32,000 nt of DNA from Candidatus Saccharimonadota bacterium (GTDB taxonomy: Bacteria; Pseudomonadota; Gammaproteobacteria; Enterobacterales; Enterobacteriaceae), in the NCBI RefSeq assembly GCF_012571795.1, contig NZ_CP046222.1, forward strand, positions 439,618 to 471,617, written 5' to 3'. A program made the position numbers and the translations under genes. This document shows positions 24,847 to 32,000 of this stretch, one piece after another. Position 1 is the first letter of the stretch; every line of letters begins with the position of its first letter. Under the pieces are notes generated by a model. It had not been told where the DNA came from. It did no database searches and was given only the letters and a program-made list of their open reading frames with translations.

Positions 24847-25782
24847 TTATATATTTTGTAAAAATCGTTGTGCATCAAGTGATGCCATACATCCTGCTGC
24901 TGAAGAAATAATAGCTTGTTTATAAATATTATTTGTAACATCGCCAGCTGCAAAAACCCCAGGAATATTAGTTTTTGTATGATTCGTAGTAATAATATAT
25001 CCATTACTATCAAGCTTTATTTGATCTTTAAATAAATAAGTATTAGGATAACTACCTATCAGTATAAAAATACCACTTACTTTTATTACAACATTACTTA
25101 GTGTATTTATTTGATTAATTTTAATTTTTGTTACACCAAAATTTTCATGCCCTAAAATATCTTTTACTATATAAGGTTGGTGTAAAATAATATTTTTATG
25201 TAAACTAAGTTTTATAATCTTATTAATTAATATTTTATCTGCTCTAAATGTTGTTTGTCTATGTATAATATGTACTTCTGATGCAATATTAGATAAATAT
25301 ATTGCTTCTTCTAATGCAGAATTGCCCCCGCCAATAATAGCAACTTTTTTATTACGATATAAGTTACCATCACAAATAGCACATGTAGAAATACCTTTAC
25401 CTAAAAATTTTTTTTCAGAAGATAATCCTAAATATTTTGGTGATGATCCAGTTGCAATAATAAGACTATTACAAATATATTTATTTGTTTCTCCTTGTAA
25501 AATAAATGGTTTTTGTTTTAAATCTGCTTGTATTATTGTATCTTTTATAATATTAGTTTTATAAAATATAGCATGATTATATAAATTATCCATTAATTGC
25601 ATTCCAGTAATACTAGGATAATTTCCAGGCCAATTTTCTACACTAATAGTTTGTGTTAATTGTCCTCCAATATTATTACCTGTAATTAATATAAAATTTA
25701 AATTTGCACGTGCAGCATATATAGCTGCTGTATATCCTGCAGGTCCTGACCCTAAAATGATTAACGTTGTTTTTTTTTGCAT
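24847..25782 (-). CDS. trxB: Thioredoxin reductase
   Basis: 311 aa. The FAD motif is GSGPAGYTAAIYAAR, the redox centre is CAICDG and the NADPH motif is GGGNSALEEAIYLS. GVFAAGDV matches E. coli TrxB. Confidence 0.95.
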   Translation of the reverse strand: MQKKTTLIILGSGPAGYTAAIYAARANLNFILITGNNIGGQLTQTISVENWPGNYPSITGMQLMDNLYNHAIFYKTNIIKDTIIQADLKQKPFILQGETNKYICNSLIIATGSSPKYLGLSSEKKFLGKGISTCAICDGNLYRNKKVAIIGGGNSALEEAIYLSNIASEVHIIHRQTTFRADKILINKIIKLSLHKNIILHQPYIVKDILGHENFGVTKIKINQINTLSNVVIKVSGIFILIGSYPNTYLFKDQIKLDSNGYIITTNHTKTNIPGVFAAGDVTNNIYKQAIISSAAGCMASLDAQRFLQNI

Positions 25783-25894
25783 AATTAAAATTATTTTAAA
25801 AATATTATATAATTTTTATTATATACAAATATATCATTTTTTATATTTATAATATACAATTTGTAATATTTTATTAAAAACAGGTATTATAAAT

Positions 25895-27178
25895 ATGTTA
25901 GATCCACATTTATTAAGAAATAATACTGATATGATATCTAAAATATTAGAACAAAGAAATTTTATCTTAGATGTTAATTGTATAAAAAAATATGAGACAA
26001 AACGTAAATTATTACAAAAACAAATAGAAATATTATATGCTAAAAAAAAGTATTATATGACTTTATTTAAACAATCTGATATTACGCATCATAATCAGAT
26101 TAAAGATAATATTAAATTAATTAATTATAAGTTATCTAGTACAAAAACTAAATTATCTGATCTAATACTACGTATTAGTAATATATATAATATGATACCA
26201 AATATACCTTTAAATGATGTTCCAATTGGTAGATCTTCTAAAGATAACAAAGAAATATTAAAGTGGGGTAAAAAAAAAAAATATGATTTTCATATTCTTG
26301 ATCATATTGAATTGGGAATATTAAATAATGGTATGGATTTAAAGGCTGGTGTTAATTTAAGTGGTTCTAAATTTATAGTATTGAAAGGATTTATTGCTTA
26401 TTTACATAGAATTTTAATCCAATTTATGTTAGATATACATATTAATAAACATCAATATCAAGAATTTTATATACCTTATATTGTAAAAAATGAAATGTTA
26501 TATGGAACAGGACAATTACCAAAATTTAGTAATGATTTATATGCTATTAAGAATAATGATGATTTAAGTAAACATTTCCTAATACCTACAGCTGAAGTTC
26601 CCTTAACAAATTTATTTGCTAATAAAATTATAATAGAAAAACAATTACCAATTAAATTAGTTGCACATAGTCCTTGTTTTCGTGTAGAAGCTGGCACGTA
26701 TGGGAAATATAATAGAGGATTAATAAGAACACATCAATTTGAAAAAGTAGAAATAGTACAATTTGTACAACCACAATATTCTTTAAAAACTTTAGAAATA
26801 ATGACAAATCATGCAGAACAAATATTACAATTACTTAAATTACCATATAGAAAATTATTATTATGTACTGGTGATATGAGTTTTGCATCTAGTAAAACTT
26901 ATGATTTAGAAGTATGGTTACCATCTCAAAAAAAATATTGTGAAATTGCTTCATGTTCTAATATGGGAGATTTTCAAGCTAGAAGAATGAAAACAAGATA
27001 TAAAATTCAAAAAGATAATTCTATTAATTATATACATACTTTAAATGCTTCAGGACTTGCTATTGGTAGAACATTAGCCGCTATTATGGAAAATTATCAA
27101 TTAAAGGATGGAACAATTCAAATTCCTAAAATATTACATAATTATACAAACGGTTTAAAAGTTATTAAAGGATTTTAA
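25895..27178 (+). CDS. serS: Serine--tRNA ligase
   Basis: 427 aa. It has the N-terminus MLDPHLLRN and class II motifs: LYGTGQLPKF, LIPTAEVPLTNL, CFRVEAGTYGKYNRGLIRTHQFEKVE, TYDLEVWLPSQ, FQARRM, HTLNASGLAIGRTLAAIMENYQ. Confidence 0.96.
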   Translation: MLDPHLLRNNTDMISKILEQRNFILDVNCIKKYETKRKLLQKQIEILYAKKKYYMTLFKQSDITHHNQIKDNIKLINYKLSSTKTKLSDLILRISNIYNMIPNIPLNDVPIGRSSKDNKEILKWGKKKKYDFHILDHIELGILNNGMDLKAGVNLSGSKFIVLKGFIAYLHRILIQFMLDIHINKHQYQEFYIPYIVKNEMLYGTGQLPKFSNDLYAIKNNDDLSKHFLIPTAEVPLTNLFANKIIIEKQLPIKLVAHSPCFRVEAGTYGKYNRGLIRTHQFEKVEIVQFVQPQYSLKTLEIMTNHAEQILQLLKLPYRKLLLCTGDMSFASSKTYDLEVWLPSQKKYCEIASCSNMGDFQARRMKTRYKIQKDNSINYIHTLNASGLAIGRTLAAIMENYQLKDGTIQIPKILHNYTNGLKVIKGF

Positions 27179-27186
27179 TAATAAAA

Positions 27187-27666
27187 TTATACGTTTTGTT
27201 CAAATAATGTCTGTATAGAATGATATAAATGTGTAGTTTTAAATAAATTAGTAGGAACTACAAAGATTGTATCATCACCAGCTATTGTACCTAATATACC
27301 TTCAGATTTTCCTAAAGAATCTAATAAACGAGCAATTAATTGTGCAGCTCCTGGACTAGTATGTATAATAATAAGCATATCATTATAATCAATATCTAAG
27401 ACTAAATTTTTTAATGGGCTAGTAGTATTAGGATAACTTAATTCTAAAGGAAAACAATACACCATTTTCATTTTAGTATTTCTTGTTCTAACAGCACCAA
27501 ACTTTGTTAACATTCTAGAAACTTTAGATTGATTAATATTATTAAAACCTTCCTGATGTAAAGCATTTACAATTTCTGTTTGTGTACTAAATGTTTCTTG
27601 TTTTATTAATTTTTTAAAAATTTTAACTAGATTTGTGTCTTTTTTTTTTGAAGAAAAAATATGCAT
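27187..27666 (-). CDS. argR: Arginine repressor ArgR
   Basis: 159 aa. The winged-helix block [24 protein letters not shown] is nearly identical to E. coli ArgR. The C-terminal oligomerisation/arginine-binding block [51 protein letters not shown] is also nearly identical, including the GDD arginine-binding residues. Confidence 0.95.
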   Translation of the reverse strand: MHIFSSKKKDTNLVKIFKKLIKQETFSTQTEIVNALHQEGFNNINQSKVSRMLTKFGAVRTRNTKMKMVYCFPLELSYPNTTSPLKNLVLDIDYNDMLIIIHTSPGAAQLIARLLDSLGKSEGILGTIAGDDTIFVVPTNLFKTTHLYHSIQTLFEQNV

Positions 27667-27966
27667 ATAATCACCAACAAAATAAAAAAACAGTATTATA
27701 AATAATATTCAGAATCTTAATATATAATATTTATTATACATTATCACAATTGTAAATTACACCACTTATATTTTATAATGATATAATAAAAATATTATTA
27801 TGTCAATAAATTATATATTTTTTATTAAAATTTTATAGTTATTATATTCTTACTTTAAAAGATATATTGCTTTTCTTTTTCATGTTTAGTAATATGTCAA
27901 TAAATATTAATACATATATTTTATCATATTTTTATAAATATAATTAATTATGGATAAAATTTTATA

Positions 27967-28389
27967 ATGTGTAATTTAATTAATATAAAAAATAATCATC
28001 AATGGTATTTAATTAATGCTAAAGATAGAATCTTAGGTAGATTATCTACTAAGATAGTATATTATTTACAAGGTAAGCATAAAGCTATATATGCTCCTTA
28101 TTTAGATGTTGGCGATTATGTTATAGTTATTAATGCAAAATATATAAAAATTACAGGTAATAAATATAAAAATAAATTTTATTACAGTCATAGTGGATAT
28201 GCCGGAGGATTAAAAAAAATTTCTTATGAAAAATTATTAATTTTAAACCCTAAAAAAATTATACAACATGCAATAAAAGGTATGTTACCTAAAAATAAAA
28301 TTAGTAATGTATTTTTTAAACGCTTAAAAATTTATTCTGAAAATATACATAAACATATTGCACAACAACCAAATATTATAAATATATAA
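27967..28389 (+). CDS. rplM: 50S ribosomal protein L13
   Basis: 140 aa. WYLINAKDRILGRLST, GKHKAIYAPYLDVGDYVIVINA and IKGMLPKN are collinear with E. coli L13. It is followed by rpsI, as in the rplM-rpsI operon. Confidence 0.95.
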   Translation: MCNLINIKNNHQWYLINAKDRILGRLSTKIVYYLQGKHKAIYAPYLDVGDYVIVINAKYIKITGNKYKNKFYYSHSGYAGGLKKISYEKLLILNPKKIIQHAIKGMLPKNKISNVFFKRLKIYSENIHKHIAQQPNIINI

Positions 28390-28404
28390 TATGGAATTAT
28401 TATA

Positions 28405-28800
28405 ATGATAACAACTGTTCAATATTATGGTACTGGTAGAAGAAAGACATCTTCTTCTAGAGTTTTTATTAAACAAGGCATTGGTAATATTAGCATTAAT
28501 AAAAAAACGCTAGAAAATTTTTTTTCTAAATTGTCGTATCGTTTTATAGTTATACAACCATTAATATTATTAAATTTGAGAAATAAATTAGATATTTATA
28601 TTACAGTAAAAGGTGGAGGTAATGTAGGACAAGCTAGTGCTATCAGACATGGTATAACGAGAGCTTTAATAAAATATAATAATGATTTTCGTAAAAATTT
28701 AAAAAAAGCAGGTTTTATAACTAGAGATGATAGACAAGTTGAACGTAAAAAAATTGGATTAAAAAAAGCTAGACGTAGTCCACAATTTTCAAAACGTTAA
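28405..28800 (+). CDS. rpsI: 30S ribosomal protein S9
   Basis: 131 aa. [42 protein letters not shown] and the C-terminal [22 protein letters not shown] match E. coli S9. Confidence 0.96.
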   Translation: MITTVQYYGTGRRKTSSSRVFIKQGIGNISINKKTLENFFSKLSYRFIVIQPLILLNLRNKLDIYITVKGGGNVGQASAIRHGITRALIKYNNDFRKNLKKAGFITRDDRQVERKKIGLKKARRSPQFSKR

Positions 28801-28943
28801 AAAATTATAAATCTATATATCATTATTTAATTTTAAATTATCTGAAAGAGTATTTTTATTAGAGATTTTTGTTAAATTTTTAAATAAAATACTTTATGTT
28901 CATACAACATATACTAATAATATATATTTATTTAGAGCAAGTT

Positions 28944-30203
28944 ATGGATAAATTTATTATACGGGGACCTGTAAAACTACAAGGAGAAGTTAAGATTTCT
29001 GGTTCTAAAAATTCAGCTTTGCCTATTTTATTTGCTTCTATGTTAGTTAAAAATAAAGTTAGAATTCAAAATATTCCATATATTCAAGATGTTAGCACAA
29101 CCATTAATTTACTTATACATTTAGGTATAAATATTAAACAAGGCAAAGTATTAATATTAGATGCTAAAAATGTTAATAAATTTTATGCACCAGATTATTT
29201 GGTCCAAAATATCAGAGCATCTATTTGGCTTATGAGTACTCTATTAATACGTTTAGGTAAATTTAGTATATCTTTTCCTGGTGGATGTTCTATTGGAACA
29301 CGTCCAATTGATTTACATATAAAAGGTTTATGTAAATTAGGTGCGATAATTAATATTAAAAATAATACTATTTATGGTTATTTACCAAATAAAATTAAAG
29401 GTGCTCATATTATTATGGAAAAAGTTAGTGTAGGTGCAACTATTAATATTATCTTACTTGCAATTTTTGCGGATACAATAACAATCATAGATAACCCAGC
29501 TAAAGAACCAGAAATACAAGATGTAGTAAATTTTTTAAATTTCATGGGTGCAAAAATTCAAGGAGTAGGTACACATCGTATTATTATACAAGGTATAACA
29601 ACATTAAAGGGTACAAAAAAAATATATAAAATTATACCAGATAGAATAGAAACTGGTACTTTTTTAATAGCTGCGGCAATAAATAGAAGTAAAATAATAT
29701 GTAGAAATACTAATCCAAAACATTTAATAAATGTATTAGAAAAATTAAAACAAACTGGTGCAGACATAAAATATGGAAAAACTTGGTGTAGTTTAGATAT
29801 GCATGGTAAACGTCCTAAGGCAATTAATATTACTACTGGACCATATCCAAAATTTCCTACAGATATGCAAACACAATTTGTTGTATTAAATAGTATTGCA
29901 CAAGGTATAAGTAACATAACAGAAACTATTTTTGAAAATAGATTTTTATATATTAATGAATTAATTAAAATGGGAGCAAAAATATATTTAAAAAATCAGA
30001 CATTAACATGTTATGGTACTAATAATTTAAAAAGTGCTATAGTAACAGCAACAGATTTAAGATCAGCAGTAAGTTTAATATTAGCAGGATGTATTTCCAT
30101 AGGAGTAACTATTATTAATAATATAAATTATGTTGATCGAGGATATGAAAATATTATAAAAAAATTATCTTTATTAGGTGCAAAAATTAAAAGAATAAAA
30201 TAA
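28944..30203 (+). CDS. murA: UDP-N-acetylglucosamine 1-carboxyvinyltransferase
   Basis: The ORF is open from 28896, but homology starts at the ATG at 28944 (MDKFIIRGPVKLQGEVKISGSKNSALPILFA versus E. coli [31 protein letters not shown]), giving 419 aa, the same length as E. coli. The active-site Cys is retained in PGGCSIGTRPIDLH. PDRIETGTFL, FPTDMQTQF, ENRF and IDRGYE are conserved. Confidence 0.95.
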   Translation: MDKFIIRGPVKLQGEVKISGSKNSALPILFASMLVKNKVRIQNIPYIQDVSTTINLLIHLGINIKQGKVLILDAKNVNKFYAPDYLVQNIRASIWLMSTLLIRLGKFSISFPGGCSIGTRPIDLHIKGLCKLGAIINIKNNTIYGYLPNKIKGAHIIMEKVSVGATINIILLAIFADTITIIDNPAKEPEIQDVVNFLNFMGAKIQGVGTHRIIIQGITTLKGTKKIYKIIPDRIETGTFLIAAAINRSKIICRNTNPKHLINVLEKLKQTGADIKYGKTWCSLDMHGKRPKAINITTGPYPKFPTDMQTQFVVLNSIAQGISNITETIFENRFLYINELIKMGAKIYLKNQTLTCYGTNNLKSAIVTATDLRSAVSLILAGCISIGVTIINNINYVDRGYENIIKKLSLLGAKIKRIK

Positions 30204-30256
30204 TAATTTTATTAAAAAATATGTTTAATATTTTTTATTTTTAATATAAGGTAAAT

Positions 30257-30577
30257 ATGTCTATGTATGCTATTTTTGATAATGGTGGCAAACAATATAA
30301 AGTTAAAATAGGTCAATTAATTAAATTAGAAAAATGTATGGGTAATATAGGAGATATTATTTATTTTAAAAAGATTTTAATGATATATGATAAACAAACT
30401 TATAAAATTGGCACGCCTTTTTTAAAAGCAAGTATCACTGCAGAATTGCTCTCACACAATAAAACTAAAAAAATTCAAATTATTAAATTTAATAGAAGAA
30501 AACATTTTCGTAAAACTCAAGGACATCGTCAAAATTATACACTTATGAAAATTATTAATATAAATAATAAAATTTAA
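30257..30577 (+). CDS. rplU: 50S ribosomal protein L21
   Basis: 106 aa from the ATG at 30257, with AAGG 5 nt upstream. Homology with E. coli L21 begins at the second Met (30263, MYAIFDNGGKQYKV versus MYAVFQSGGKQHRV), so either start is possible. KFNRRKHFRKTQGHRQ is conserved. Confidence 0.93.
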   Translation: MSMYAIFDNGGKQYKVKIGQLIKLEKCMGNIGDIIYFKKILMIYDKQTYKIGTPFLKASITAELLSHNKTKKIQIIKFNRRKHFRKTQGHRQNYTLMKIININNKI

Positions 30578-30589
30578 GGAATATATTAT

Positions 30590-30847
30590 ATGGCACATAA
30601 AAAAGCTGGTGGTTCATCTAGAAATGGCAGAGATTCACATTCTAAACGATTAGGGATAAAATGTTTTGGTGGTGAAATAGTACAACCTGGTTATATTATT
30701 GTACGTCAAAGAGGCACTAAATTTCATGCGGGTAATAATGTAGGTTGTGGCAAAGATCATACACTATTTGCTAAAATTAAAGGTATAGTACAATTTGTTA
30801 AAAAAGGTATAAAAAAAAAAACATACATTAATATTATTAATAATTAA
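30590..30847 (+). CDS. rpmA: 50S ribosomal protein L27
   Basis: 85 aa. [28 protein letters not shown]....[28 protein letters not shown] matches E. coli L27. It is immediately downstream of rplU. Confidence 0.96.
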   Translation: MAHKKAGGSSRNGRDSHSKRLGIKCFGGEIVQPGYIIVRQRGTKFHAGNNVGCGKDHTLFAKIKGIVQFVKKGIKKKTYINIINN

Positions 30848-30893
30848 TACATAAACAAAAAATAAATTTTATTAAAAAAATTATGGATTGTAA

Positions 30894-31934
<1,041 letters not shown>

Positions 31935-32000
31935 TATTAATATTTTTTTTGTAAATAAATAGTACTTTTATATATTTAAAAAAAATTAGAATCATACAAT

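Noticed and set aside
27696-27713. Possible ARG box upstream of argR (argR-sense strand TCTGAATATTATTTATAA)
   Set aside because: Only the left half-site (TNTGAAT) matches. The right half lacks the ATTCA core. In DNA that is about 80% A+T, the W positions carry no information, so I do not call it as a feature.
28896-28943. 16-codon N-terminal extension of the murA ORF (start at 28896)
   Set aside because: MDKF... at 28944 aligns with residue 1 of E. coli MurA and gives the same 419-aa length. The extension (MFIQHILIIYIYLEQV) is unsupported.

Overview
This window is a gene-dense, extremely A+T-rich stretch (about 80% A+T by eye, with proteins rich in Ile/Asn/Lys). It looks like the reduced genome of an obligate, Enterobacterales-derived insect endosymbiont of the Wigglesworthia/Blochmannia/Buchnera kind; the exact taxon cannot be determined from the sequence alone. 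I call 32 protein genes, all intact and all recognisable by eye as orthologues of E. coli core housekeeping genes. In order they are ptsI(partial)-crr, ruvC-yebC-aspS (minus strand), argS, mnmA, potABC, mutM, mnmE-yidC-rnpA-rpmH (minus strand), dnaN-gyrB, rpoZ, ppa, eno, cydDC, infA, trxB, serS, argR, rplM-rpsI, murA and rplU-rpmA-obgE. rpmH is absent from the supplied ORF track and was found by manual translation. I see no tRNA, rRNA, CRISPR array, mobile element, pseudogene or accessory/defence island, and I find no evidence for a novel multi-gene system. The points worth a second look are reductive-evolution signatures. dnaA, recF and yidD are missing from the canonical rpmH/dnaA-dnaN-recF-gyrB junction. 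The spermidine/putrescine ABC importer lacks an adjacent potD binding-protein gene. The transcription factor ArgR is retained and very well conserved. Long poly(A) tracts sit inside intact essential genes. gyrB has a TTG start. Stop codons are almost all TAA, with no TGA. Convergent genes abut with almost no spacer.
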